Numbered from the stretch's first letter, positions 1-9,004 are shown. The stretch: 64,000 nucleotides of DNA from Acutalibacteraceae bacterium (GCA_045642725.1 JAZUJJ010000105.1:5584-69583); one strand, 5' to 3'. Notes: generated by a model from the letters alone, not told the origin. Translations and numbers: made by a program.

Positions 1-2
1 CG

Positions 3-389
3 GGCTTCAGGGTTGAGGGAAAAGATATAAAAACCGTAACCTATTCAGCCGGAAGAGGAAGCTTTTCATACTATTCGGTAAAAGGAAACGATTTCGGAGA
101 TGTTACCACCGAATTCACAAGCGGCAGTGATGAATCGTCTGAGCGTAAACCCTATGCAACAAAAACAACAATAAGCGATATAGGTGAAAATGAAATCATT
201 GAACTGAATTATAACCCGGAGGAGGCCATTGATACAATTCTTAAAGCACAATCAGCAGACTTTGATTTTTCATCCCTGCCGACAGACATCATTACCATCT
301 CCGTTGAATTCACAAACGGTGAAAAAGGCGAAAAATCCATACAGATTTCATTCAGCGAAGACGGATATATGCTGATGAAAAACAAATAA
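3..389 (+). CDS. Partial hypothetical protein (3' end only; runs in from before the window)
   Basis: Frame open from position 3 to TAA 387-389 (GFRVEGKDIKTVTYSAGRG...DGYMLMKNK*), followed by a hairpin; absent from the ORF track because its start is outside the window. Confidence 0.7.
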   Translation, partial: GFRVEGKDIKTVTYSAGRGSFSYYSVKGNDFGDVTTEFTSGSDESSERKPYATKTTISDIGENEIIELNYNPEEAIDTILKAQSADFDFSSLPTDIITISVEFTNGEKGEKSIQISFSEDGYMLMKNK

Positions 390-441
390 AAAAATCGCCC
401 CATTACAGTACAGAACATAAAGAAGACAAAAAGATATAAAT

Positions 442-482
442 AATTCCGGGATTTCAGAAATAACTTCTGCTGTCCCGGAATT
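442..482. terminator. Bidirectional hairpin terminator between convergent genes
   Basis: AATTCCGGGA..CAGAA-loop-TTCTG..TCCCGGAATT with A/T tracts on both sides. Confidence 0.7.
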
Positions 483-491
483 TTATGTTGC

Positions 492-1148
492 TTATCCGAT
501 TTTTTTGAGTATAGCGGGGAATTCCTTTATGCTGTCAATTATATAATCCGGGTCGGCTTTTTCTTTCAGCTCTTCACGGCTGAATGATGTGGTTACGCCG
601 ACACTGATGCACCCCGCTGCCTTTGCGGCTTTTATTCCGTTGACGGAATCTTCAATAACAACACATTTTTGAGGGTCAACGCCGCAGAGCTCGGCACCCT
701 TCAGAAAAATATCGGGGTCCGGTTTCTGCTTTGAAACATCACTGCCCGTTACAAGAGCAGTGAAAAAATCGGGTTTCACACCGATGGCATTGAGGTTGTG
801 ACAGACTTTTATATAGTCGGCGGCAGAGCAGACGGCAGCTTTATATTTTGATTTGACATAGTTTACCGTGTCAAGTACACCGTCATAAACCGCATCGGGA
901 TGGCGGGAGAGGATTTCCGCATAAATATCATAAACGACGGGCTTCATTTCCGGGTCATAGGGTACACCGTTTTTTTCGGCAGGCCCTCCGAGATAGCGGG
1001 TTTCGCCGCCGCCGATATAGGGAATAAAATCCTCGGGAACGGCATTTACCCCGAATTGCTTAAGCCCTTTTATCGCCGCTTCACAGATAAGTGCCTCCGT
1101 GTCAACAAGAACACCGTCCATATCAAATAATACCGCTTCAATGTTCAT
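492..1148 (-). CDS. HAD-superfamily phosphatase (beta-phosphoglucomutase/CbbY-like)
   Basis: Motif I FDMDGVLVD, KPDPDIF, IEDSVNGI. Confidence 0.9.
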   Translation of the reverse strand: MNIEAVLFDMDGVLVDTEALICEAAIKGLKQFGVNAVPEDFIPYIGGGETRYLGGPAEKNGVPYDPEMKPVVYDIYAEILSRHPDAVYDGVLDTVNYVKSKYKAAVCSAADYIKVCHNLNAIGVKPDFFTALVTGSDVSKQKPDPDIFLKGAELCGVDPQKCVVIEDSVNGIKAAKAAGCISVGVTTSFSREELKEKADPDYIIDSIKEFPAILKKIG

Positions 1149-1152
1149 GAAA

Positions 1153-2727
1153 TCAGCCTTTCTTTTTTCTGGAAATTAGAATTGCCGTTACAGCCGCAGT
1201 GGCAGCGAGAATTGCCGCACCGATAAGACAGGCAATAATTATTTTTTTCGGCTCTGTCGGGGCTTTAATATTTTCAGCGGTTGTTTTTTCGGTAACGCTT
1301 TCTTCGGAGACTGGAGCACCGACGGCTCCGGTTTCTTCTTTCTCTTCTTCTTCTTCTTCTGCTTTATTTTCCTTATCCGGATTTATAAAGGCATCAAAAG
1401 AACGGAAAAGGGGACTGGCGTCAAGATAATCCTCATCCATTTTTTCATAATCCATTTGAATCCAGCCGGCGGTATCGCCGTCAATGATGTAATAGAACGA
1501 TTCATCATAGAAGAGACTGCAATATGACTGCACTTTCTTTCCAGCTTCGAGAGTTCCGATTTGCTCTGAGGCTTTGTCCGGCAGAGTGTATATCGGCAGG
1601 GTGCCGTTGCGGAGTGTGATTTTCGGATATGAGGATGTACGGGAAACAGAGCGCATTCTGCTTGCGGTCCAGCACTGCTCACCTTCGTAATCAACAAGAC
1701 TCCAGGCGTAGCAGTTTTCCATATCCGAGTCATCATCTGTATATAAAACATAATAATCCGCATAGCTTCTGAGAAATGTATAAGCGGGAATTACCTTGTC
1801 GGTTTTGCTTTCAATATCACCGCGTTCCGTGTAAACATAGGCATCATCACTTGATATCATATATGAGTCACGGTAAGTGATGACCCAGCTTGTGTAGGCG
1901 CCGGGATATTGGCCGTCAAATGTAACCCAGCCTTTTATTCCGTTATATTCGGTGTAAGCTTCAGCATCTTTGGGGTTCTCAAGAAATTCCGTAAATGTAA
2001 GCTCGGTTCCGATTGGAATGGACTCACTCAGTTCCTGTTCGTCATAGCTGTCGCCTTCCGCGTAGACGTTTTTAAGATGAACATTGTTTGTGTTAACTAT
2101 TATTTTACCTGTGTAATCACTTGTGGAAACAAGGCTTGAAAGAGTATAATTTCCGTCAAAGGGGTAGTAGTATATCCAGCCTTCTTTGCCGTTGCCTTTT
2201 GCATAAAAATAGCAGTTTGTTTCATTCTCGATATGAGTTATCGTAATGATTTCATCCTTTTCAAATCTGCCCGTTACGTCAAACAGCTTTGACGGACCCG
2301 AAAGAATGTCAATGCCCTCATCGGGAACAACTCTTTTCTTTTGCGGTATGGAATATTTGGTTATGTCGGTTTTATAGTTTTGATTATTGAGTACGGCAAT
2401 ATCCGCCATACTGACATATCCATTTTTCTTACCGAGGCTCACATAGCCGACGCCTTTTTCACCTTCCGGAATAACGATTTCCTGTAAGAAATAACCGGTA
2501 TATTCACCGGTGAGAGTCAGTTTTGTACCGTAAGAAAGATGTTCCTTGTCCGTATCATAATTATGAGTGCTTTCATTATAGTGTTCGCAATACAAATCGG
2601 TACCGTCGGGGTTTGAAACCATACATTCATATTCGCGGAAAACGGGGCCGCCGACATCCGCAAAAGCCGGTATGCAGAGTGCGGAGATCATGAGAACGGA
2701 AAAAAGCAAAGCAAGAAGTTTTTTCAT
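1153..2727 (-). CDS. Exported protein with about 5 SH3b-like repeats, acidic linker and C-terminal TM anchor
   Basis: Signal peptide MKKLLALLFSVLMISALCIPAFA; repeats ending KNGYV, KEGWI, IKGWV, EQCWT, TAGWI; poly-E linker; hydrophobic tail plus RKKKG. Confidence 0.65.
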   Translation of the reverse strand: MKKLLALLFSVLMISALCIPAFADVGGPVFREYECMVSNPDGTDLYCEHYNESTHNYDTDKEHLSYGTKLTLTGEYTGYFLQEIVIPEGEKGVGYVSLGKKNGYVSMADIAVLNNQNYKTDITKYSIPQKKRVVPDEGIDILSGPSKLFDVTGRFEKDEIITITHIENETNCYFYAKGNGKEGWIYYYPFDGNYTLSSLVSTSDYTGKIIVNTNNVHLKNVYAEGDSYDEQELSESIPIGTELTFTEFLENPKDAEAYTEYNGIKGWVTFDGQYPGAYTSWVITYRDSYMISSDDAYVYTERGDIESKTDKVIPAYTFLRSYADYYVLYTDDDSDMENCYAWSLVDYEGEQCWTASRMRSVSRTSSYPKITLRNGTLPIYTLPDKASEQIGTLEAGKKVQSYCSLFYDESFYYIIDGDTAGWIQMDYEKMDEDYLDASPLFRSFDAFINPDKENKAEEEEEEKEETGAVGAPVSEESVTEKTTAENIKAPTEPKKIIIACLIGAAILAATAAVTAILISRKKKG

Positions 2728-2738
2728 GGTTATCCTCC

Positions 2739-3092
2739 TCAGATAAATTTATTTATGATAAGCCCGAGCAAATAGGAAATACCGTTGAGAATAAGTGAAA
2801 GGGGGAGAGCGGATATCTTCTTATAAGTCAGGCATTTCTTATATATCAATGCTTCGGCGGCAACGGCAAGAATTTCAAGCACGGCCAGAGAAATATGGCG
2901 CATTTCAATGCCGTAAAATATGTTGACCGCCGAGGAAACGGAAACGACGATGGGATTTGTGACAATCTGTGCAAGTATTACGGTTATGACATCCTCTTTT
3001 TTTCTCACGCCGAGAATCAGTGCAGCTGCGGTTTCGATAAGGATTGTCAGCAGCAGAGCACGGAGCATATACAAAGGAAGCAGATTTATCAT
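2739..3092 (-). CDS. Small multi-pass membrane protein (117 aa)
   Basis: Hydrophobic segments with embedded Glu (TILIE, TNP, LEILAVAAEALIY); ATGA overlap with the upstream sORF. Confidence 0.75.
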   Translation of the reverse strand: MINLLPLYMLRALLLTILIETAAALILGVRKKEDVITVILAQIVTNPIVVSVSSAVNIFYGIEMRHISLAVLEILAVAAEALIYKKCLTYKKISALPLSLILNGISYLLGLIINKFI

Positions 3093-3235
3093 TTTTTGCC
3101 CCTCTTTTTAAGCTCACGGGCAACCATTATTGCCGTGATAACGATAATTACGGCACATATTGCGGCAAGAATTAAAGGCGCACTCCCCGCATTTCTGAAA
3201 AACACTCTGTCAGTGAGAATTTCAATATCATTCAA
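3089..3235 (-). CDS. Unannotated 48-aa single-TM protein
   Basis: TTG start, (M)NDIEILTDRVFFRNAGSAPLILAAICAVIIVITAIMVARELKKRGKK*; start overlaps the upstream stop and stop overlaps the downstream ATG. Confidence 0.65.
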   Translation of the reverse strand: MNDIEILTDRVFFRNAGSAPLILAAICAVIIVITAIMVARELKKRGKK

Positions 3236-4301
3236 CGCTTTTTTCATCCTTTCTCAATGTGATTGCAAAGGCGGCGGCGCAGAGCAGTGTCAATACGGTG
3301 ATGACAATGCAGTTTGACCGCAGGGAGGAAAGACGGAAGAAAAAAATGGGAGCAGAGCCGAGAAAAAGGCCTATGGTGGTAAGACCGAAAGCAAGCCCGG
3401 GAGCATTATTCAGCACACTTACAAGCAGGGCAAGCGTTATTGACATAGTCATACTGAAAAGGAAAACTCCGAAAAGGGAAATAATCATATGCTCATTGCC
3501 GCACAGCAGAAAAGGAAGGGCGGCAAGAGAGCTTATGAGAGCGGTTTTCTTAACTCCGAAAAGGTCTGCACATACTCCGCCGAGGGCTTTACCGAAGCCC
3601 ATGGAGAAATACAGCAGAACTGTCTGAAAAACGGTTTTGTTCCAGGAAGTAGGTATTCCGTAGCCCATATAGCCTCTGACCGCAACGATCGTGACGGCAA
3701 GGATGATAATAATGGCAGGTGAAAGCTTTTCGGAATGATAAGCAAAGCCGGAGCAAGGAGCTATGCTTTTTTCATCAGCTTCTTTGCGGGAGTATTCCGC
3801 AAGCAGAACAAAGGGTATCGCGGTCAGGGCAAGAACGGCAAGCACCCACTGAGGCAAAAAAGAATTTGCCAGTAATTTGCCGCTGATAACTCCGAAGGAA
3901 CCGCCGGCAACAAAAATTGCACTGTGGGACAACTTGCCTTCCGATGAACGCAGAGTTACCTCGGCTCCGTTTATGTGGGTGCAGACATTTCCGAGGCACA
4001 TCATGACAAGGGGCAGATATTTTCCGCCGACTCCGAAACTGAACATGAGCGTGGAAACCGAAAGAAGAAATATTCCCGGTAAGCCTGCCGGAATTTTCGG
4101 AAATCTGTCGCTGAATCTGCCGATTAAGGATTGCGGCATAAAAGCAAGAGCATCGTAAAGCAGGGGAGTAAACCAGATTACGATGCTGTCACCGCTGACC
4201 CTTGAAAGCTGATAAAAGCAAAGCACCTCGGTGACAAAATGAACATAAAAATACAAAAATGCACAGCCGATATTTTTTGTTATGGCTGTTTTTTTATTCA
4301 T
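3228..4301 (-). CDS. MFS-like multi-pass membrane protein
   Basis: About 11-12 hydrophobic segments; GRFSDRF and GGVCADLFG resemble the MFS loop motif in each half. Confidence 0.65.
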   Translation of the reverse strand: MNKKTAITKNIGCAFLYFYVHFVTEVLCFYQLSRVSGDSIVIWFTPLLYDALAFMPQSLIGRFSDRFPKIPAGLPGIFLLSVSTLMFSFGVGGKYLPLVMMCLGNVCTHINGAEVTLRSSEGKLSHSAIFVAGGSFGVISGKLLANSFLPQWVLAVLALTAIPFVLLAEYSRKEADEKSIAPCSGFAYHSEKLSPAIIIILAVTIVAVRGYMGYGIPTSWNKTVFQTVLLYFSMGFGKALGGVCADLFGVKKTALISSLAALPFLLCGNEHMIISLFGVFLFSMTMSITLALLVSVLNNAPGLAFGLTTIGLFLGSAPIFFFRLSSLRSNCIVITVLTLLCAAAFAITLRKDEKSVE

Positions 4302-4354
4302 GTAATCACCGACCTTTACTATCAGTGTCTCAGAGTACGGTTTTTGTTGCCTTT

Positions 4355-5167
4355 TTATTTTATAATTTCTCTTATTTCGAGCGTTTTTTTAACCACGGCG
4401 GAGAAGGCTTCGGGGGTCAGGGCCTGCTCCGGGTCACTTACGGAGCTGCCGGGGTTTGTGTGGACCTCAAGCATGATTCCGTCTGCTCCTGCCGCGGCGG
4501 CGGCAAAGGTCAGCGACGGAACTGCACAGGCTATGCCCGCCGCATGGCTCGGGTCGGCAATAACGGGCAGATGGGTTTTACTTTTAAGCAGTGATATTGC
4601 GCCTACATCGAGGGTGTTTCTCAGATCATCGCCGAAGGTGCGTATGCCCCTTTCGCAGAGTATGACTTTTTCGTTTCCGCCTGCAAGTATATATTCGGCC
4701 GAGAGCAGGAATTCTTCAAGAGTTGCGCCCATACCCCTTTTGAGCAATACGGGCTTGTCAATTCCGCCGAGCTCCTTGAGAAGCTCGTAATTCTGCATAT
4801 TTCTTGTTCCCACCTGAAGCATATCAATGCTTTCAAACAGCGGGAGCTGACGGGGGTCTGTGATTTCGGAAACTGTGGGCAGACCCGCTTCTTTTCCTGC
4901 GGCGGCAAGAATATCAAGCCCTTCCCTGCCCATTCCCTGGAAGGTGTACGGGGATGTACGTGGCTTAAAGGCACCTGCTCTGAGCATCCCTGCGCCTGCT
5001 TCTTTAACTTTTTTGGCTATTTCAACAGCTGTTTCGTATGATTCAACGGCACAGGGACCGGCGATAAACGAAAAGTTTCCGCCGCCTGCGGAGAAACTGC
5101 CGACGCTGATGACCGTATCTTCTTTTTTGTATTCACGGGAAACCCTGAAAATATCCGTGTTGTTCAT
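4355..5167 (-). CDS. aroF: 3-deoxy-7-phosphoheptulonate (DAHP) synthase, type I-beta, core barrel only
   Basis: IAGPCAVE, AFKPRTSPYTFQG, LLKRG, ILCERGIRT, ADPSH motifs. Confidence 0.92.
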   Translation of the reverse strand: MNNTDIFRVSREYKKEDTVISVGSFSAGGGNFSFIAGPCAVESYETAVEIAKKVKEAGAGMLRAGAFKPRTSPYTFQGMGREGLDILAAAGKEAGLPTVSEITDPRQLPLFESIDMLQVGTRNMQNYELLKELGGIDKPVLLKRGMGATLEEFLLSAEYILAGGNEKVILCERGIRTFGDDLRNTLDVGAISLLKSKTHLPVIADPSHAAGIACAVPSLTFAAAAAGADGIMLEVHTNPGSSVSDPEQALTPEAFSAVVKKTLEIREIIK

Positions 5168-5179
5168 GAAATTCTCCTT

Positions 5180-5464
5180 TTATGCCTCAAAAGCTTTCAG
5201 TTCGGTTGACACAAGATAATCATCCTTAAGTCCTCTCAGAAGCTTCATGTGCTCCTGACCGACATGAGTTTCCTGGTCAGCTTTTGTTTCCCATATTTCA
5301 ACGAGAAGCAATTCGTTTTTGTCGGCATCGGAAAAATAATAATCATACATGATGCAGCCTTTTTCGGCTCTTACCTTTTCGTCAATGCCGAGCTCTTTTA
5401 TTTTTTCAAGGAAAGCTTCACGCTTTCCCTCCTTTGTGTGATAAAAAACATTTAAGTACAGCAT
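5180..5464 (-). CDS. ABM-family (antibiotic biosynthesis monooxygenase/putative quinol monooxygenase) protein
   Basis: 94 aa, RAEKGCIMYDYY, LLVEIWE..DQETH pattern. Confidence 0.8.
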   Translation of the reverse strand: MLYLNVFYHTKEGKREAFLEKIKELGIDEKVRAEKGCIMYDYYFSDADKNELLLVEIWETKADQETHVGQEHMKLLRGLKDDYLVSTELKAFEA

Positions 5465-5533
5465 AAAATAATCCTCCCGTTACGGTGTTTTATCATATTT
5501 GTCAATCGTATTTCCGCTGTGAAATTATTTGTG

Positions 5534-5562
5534 TTGAAAAATTAAAAATTATGTGGTAAAAT
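5534..5562 (+). promoter_or_regulatory. Sigma-A promoter for yfbR
   Basis: TTGAAA-17 bp-TAAAAT. Confidence 0.55.
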
Positions 5563-5587
5563 AAATTTTCAACAGAGAGGTGATAGC

Positions 5588-6169
5588 TTGGAAAACGGAT
5601 TTTTCGCCATGATTTCGAGAATGAAATATATAAACCGTTGGGCTCTTATGAGAAACGAGCACAGCGAAAATCTTGCGGAGCATTCCTTTGAGGTGGCTGT
5701 CATCGCTCATGCTCTGACCGTTATCGGAAACAGGCGTTTCGGAAAAAAGCTTGACAGTGAAAGAGCCGCATTGCTGGGGCTTTATCACGACGCTCCCGAA
5801 ACTTTGACCGGTGATATGCCCACGCCTGTCAAATATTACAGTGATGAGGTCAGAAATGCTTATAAAACGGTGGAAAATGTGGCCTGCGAGAGCCTTGTTT
5901 CCATGCTTCCCGATGACATAAAGGATGCCTATGACGGGCTTTTTTATCCGAAGCCCGGGGATGAGGAGCTTTTGCCCTACATCAAGGCCGCCGATAAAAT
6001 AAGTGCCCTTATAAAATGTATGGAAGAAAAAAAGGCGGGCAACAGCGAATTTGTTTTTGCCGGTGAAAGCACAGCCAAAGCAATAGAGAAGCTCGGCTTG
6101 CCGGAGGCTGATGTTTTCGTAAAGGAATTTCTTCCGCCCTACGGCCTTACTCTTGACGAGCTTAAATAA
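5588..6169 (+). CDS. yfbR: HD-domain 5'-deoxynucleotidase
   Basis: RMKYINRWALMRN, ENLAEHS, YHDAPETLTGDMPTPVKY, AADKISAL; TTG start with GAGG RBS. Confidence 0.9.
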   Translation: MENGFFAMISRMKYINRWALMRNEHSENLAEHSFEVAVIAHALTVIGNRRFGKKLDSERAALLGLYHDAPETLTGDMPTPVKYYSDEVRNAYKTVENVACESLVSMLPDDIKDAYDGLFYPKPGDEELLPYIKAADKISALIKCMEEKKAGNSEFVFAGESTAKAIEKLGLPEADVFVKEFLPPYGLTLDELK

Positions 6170-6244
6170 CCGCTCTATATTATATAGCTTTTTTACAAGA
6201 CATTCAATATAAAATTCAATGAACTATGAAAAGGAGAAGAAAAA

Positions 6245-7990
6245 ATGAAAAAATCCCGCTTCACGGTATTTGTTGCCCTGCTTCTTGCTCTTGTGACCTT
6301 CACTCTGAGCGTTTCGGGCGCAAATAACCAGACCTTTGCTTACACCCTTACCGGCACAGGTGCCGGCGGCGTTGATGATGCAATCAAAATCAGCGATGCC
6401 ACTGCAAGATGGGCAGGCATTACAAATTCTTATCTTTTCAAGAACGGCACAGGTTATACCGCCGTTGATAAGAATGCCAATGACATTATTGTTACGGAGT
6501 ATGATGCCAATTTCAATCAGCTCTCAGCCAAAAAGGTTGCAATGGAGCTTCCGATTTTCGGTGCTTTCTATGCGGCAAGCGATTATAACTACATCCTTTT
6601 CGGTCAGAAAAACACTGCCGAAAGCAAGGATACCGAGGTTCTGAAGCTTGTCAAGTATTCCAAGAGCTTTGAAAAGGTCAAGGAAGGCACCGTAAAGGAT
6701 TGCTATACCGTTGAGCCCTTCCAGGCAGGTACCGCTTCCATAGGCGAAAGCAACGGCAAAATCATCGTTCACACCTCAAGAAAGAGATACACAACCGACG
6801 ACGGTAAAAATCATCAGTCACAGCTCACCGTTATTTTTGACAAGGAAACACTTGCAGTTGAAAATAATGTGGGTGAAAATCAGGATAACCATGTAAGCCA
6901 TTCCTTCAATCAGATCGTAAAGGCCGACGGCAAGAATCTTATCCTTATTGACCACGGTGATGCTTATCCCCGTTCAATTCTTCTTTCCGAATATTCAACG
7001 GAAACAAAGAAATTCAACAAGATCACCATGAAAGAAATTCCCGGCACAGTCGGCGCAAACTGCACCGGTATTGTTGTGGGCGGTCTTGAAGCAAGCAGCA
7101 GCTCCTACATTGTTGCCGCAAACAGCGTTGACCATTCAAAGGTTACATCATATACCTCAACAAAGCTTGAAGGCCTCAGCCTTGACGAAAGAAACGCAGT
7201 TCTTTATGTTAAGGCAAAGAACACCAAGGATGCCGCAAAGCAGATTACCCTTACCGATTATGTCGGCAAGAAGCTGACCGCAAGCAGACCTTATATCGCA
7301 AAGGTCGATACCGATAAATATGTTGTTTGCTGGCAGGAATTCCAGTACGGTGACAATAATACCTACACTAACAACGGTATGAAATTTGTTATCGTTGACG
7401 GCACGGGCACAAAGATCACCGCCATACTTTCCTCAAAGGGCGTTCTTTCAAACGATTGCCAGCCCATTATTGACGGCGATTACCTTATCTGGTATGTTAA
7501 CACGAATGCAACCGAGAGAAAGTTCTATAAGGTTTCACTTACCAAGGAATCCTCAACCCTTGCTTCCACCTCAACAGACCCCACGAGCTCAACCAACCCC
7601 ACAAATCCGACAAATCCCACCAATCCCACTTCTTCAACAGAGTCAACCTCTTCCGTTGCTCCCTCTGTTATTTTCACTCAGCATATTCTGTCGGTCAACA
7701 TCGGTAAAACGGTTGCTCCCGCATACACCTGCAAGGGCGGTAAGGCAGTTTTCAAATCATCAAACGAAAAGATTGCCACTGTTGATTCCAACGGCGTTAT
7801 TACCGGTAAAGCCGAAGGTACGGTTACAATTACCGTTACGGTTGACGGCACAAAGGTTTCCGATACCTGCTTTGTTACGGTAAACGGAAGCGATGACTGG
7901 ATCAAGACCGTCGGCAAGCTCGTTCAGCTTTTCTTTGACCTGCTCAAGCGTCTGTGGGCATTCTACACCGAGGTTTATCTTGCAGACTGA
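6245..7990 (+). CDS. Exported protein: unknown N-terminal beta-rich domain, Ser/Thr/Pro linker, Big_2 Ig-like domain, amphipathic C-terminal tail
   Basis: Signal peptide; STNPTNPTNPTNPTSS repeat; FKSSNEKIATVDSNGVITGKAEGTVTITVT (Big_2). Confidence 0.75.
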   Translation: MKKSRFTVFVALLLALVTFTLSVSGANNQTFAYTLTGTGAGGVDDAIKISDATARWAGITNSYLFKNGTGYTAVDKNANDIIVTEYDANFNQLSAKKVAMELPIFGAFYAASDYNYILFGQKNTAESKDTEVLKLVKYSKSFEKVKEGTVKDCYTVEPFQAGTASIGESNGKIIVHTSRKRYTTDDGKNHQSQLTVIFDKETLAVENNVGENQDNHVSHSFNQIVKADGKNLILIDHGDAYPRSILLSEYSTETKKFNKITMKEIPGTVGANCTGIVVGGLEASSSSYIVAANSVDHSKVTSYTSTKLEGLSLDERNAVLYVKAKNTKDAAKQITLTDYVGKKLTASRPYIAKVDTDKYVVCWQEFQYGDNNTYTNNGMKFVIVDGTGTKITAILSSKGVLSNDCQPIIDGDYLIWYVNTNATERKFYKVSLTKESSTLASTSTDPTSSTNPTNPTNPTNPTSSTESTSSVAPSVIFTQHILSVNIGKTVAPAYTCKGGKAVFKSSNEKIATVDSNGVITGKAEGTVTITVTVDGTKVSDTCFVTVNGSDDWIKTVGKLVQLFFDLLKRLWAFYTEVYLAD

Positions 7991-8030
7991 TTAGCGGCAG
8001 CTGCCCGAAAAGTAAAATAAGATATTTTAA

Positions 8031-8073
8031 GGAGAGACGGTTTCCGGAATTATTCCGCAAAAATCGCCTCTCC
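8031..8073. repeat. REP-like hairpin/terminator, family copy 1
   Basis: GGAGAGACGGTTT-CCGGAATTATTCCG-CAAAAATCGCCTCTCC; homologous to 12234-12272 and 15792-15835. Confidence 0.65.
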
Positions 8074-8312
8074 GTGTTGTTTTTCAATGCTTACGGGCAT
8101 TTTTCCGGATTTTTTGCATACTGTTTTTTTGATAAAATCCCTCAAATTTTAGTGTTAAAAAAGAAATAATGGACTAAAAATCAGAAAAATCGCCTTTTTG
8201 ACTAAAAAATCATCAATTTTGGTTTCATAATTCGTAATTAAGCTAAAAAATATATTGACAAAAGAAAAAAATTGATATAATATAATCAAGAATAGGTGAA
8301 AAGGAGACAGCA

Positions 8313-8885
8313 ATGTCAAAGGAACAAATGACCGATTCACAGATAGTTTCCCTTGTCGAAAAGGCATCCGCAGGTGATGACGGTGCCATGGCACAGCTCA
8401 TTGCCGTAATAATGCCTTTTGCAAAGGCAAAGGCCGTAAGACATAAGACCGACTCCTCAAGAATACCCGAAGAGGATCTTATTCAGGAGGGTATGATAGG
8501 CTTTCTGAGCGCGGTCAAAAGCTTTGACAGTTCAAAGGGAGTTCCTTTTGTGGCTTTTGCAAATCTCTGCATAGAGCGCAGGATTCTTTCCGTGCTTCGC
8601 AGCTATTCAAGCGACGGAAACCGTTTGCTGACCAATGCCGTTTCCATTGACGAAAATGACGGCACCGGCGGTGACCCGATAAAAAATGTTGACTCCGCCA
8701 TTGAGGTCGAGCGCATTATTTCCGTTGCAAACAGCAGCTTTTCAAAGCTTGAAAAGGATGTTTTCACCTGCCGTCTGACGGGCCTTGACCGTGCGGAAAT
8801 CGCCGCAAAGCTCGGCTGCAGCGAAAGAGCGGTTGACAATGCCCTTCAGAGAGTTAAGCGAAAGCTGAGACCTAAAATCAAGTAA
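8313..8885 (+). CDS. sigH: SigH-family RNA polymerase sigma factor (divergent)
   Basis: EDLIQEGMIG, FANLCIERRI, VDNALQRVKRKL match SigH regions 2 and 4; AGGAG RBS. Confidence 0.7.
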   Translation: MSKEQMTDSQIVSLVEKASAGDDGAMAQLIAVIMPFAKAKAVRHKTDSSRIPEEDLIQEGMIGFLSAVKSFDSSKGVPFVAFANLCIERRILSVLRSYSSDGNRLLTNAVSIDENDGTGGDPIKNVDSAIEVERIISVANSSFSKLEKDVFTCRLTGLDRAEIAAKLGCSERAVDNALQRVKRKLRPKIK

Positions 8886-8888
8886 ATG

Positions 8889-8904
8889 AAGCACTGCGGT
8901 GCTT
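8889..8904 (+). terminator. Short hairpin after sigH
   Basis: AAGCAC-TGCG-GTGCTT followed by TATATA. Confidence 0.4.
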
Positions 8905-8911
8905 TATATAT

Positions 8912-8977
8912 GCCCCCGTAGCTTAAAGCAGAGCGTTGTACATAACAAAGGTGACGGTGCGATTCCGTCCAAGGGCA
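8912..8977 (+). ncRNA. tRNA-like cloverleaf (minimised or pseudo-tRNA, central CAT)
   Basis: GCCCCCG-TA-GCTT/GAGC D-arm, TTGT-ACATA-ACAA short anticodon arm, GACGG-TGCGATT-CCGTC T-arm, CAAGGGCA; 66 nt, no encoded CCA. Confidence 0.6.
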
Positions 8978-9004
8978 AAAATTTATTCATGCGAGGTTAT
9001 AAAC

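Noticed and set aside
7560-7650. ACAAATCC-type tandem repeat as a phase-variable or contingency locus
   Set aside because: 9-bp in-frame degenerate unit encoding a TNP linker; slippage would not shift the frame
8912-8977. Functional tRNA-Met(CAT)
   Set aside because: Anticodon loop is only 5 nt, D-loop GG and T-loop TTC are missing, and the acceptor stem has two mismatches; kept as tRNA-like only
8936-9004. Longer N-terminus for the zinc-ribbon ORF; likewise the track starts at 13227, 16591, 19489, 38505, 38668, 39497, 44274, 48226, 51606 and 52903
   Set aside because: Downstream starts have RBSs or avoid long overlaps and match family N-termini; the 8936 extension overlaps the tRNA-like element
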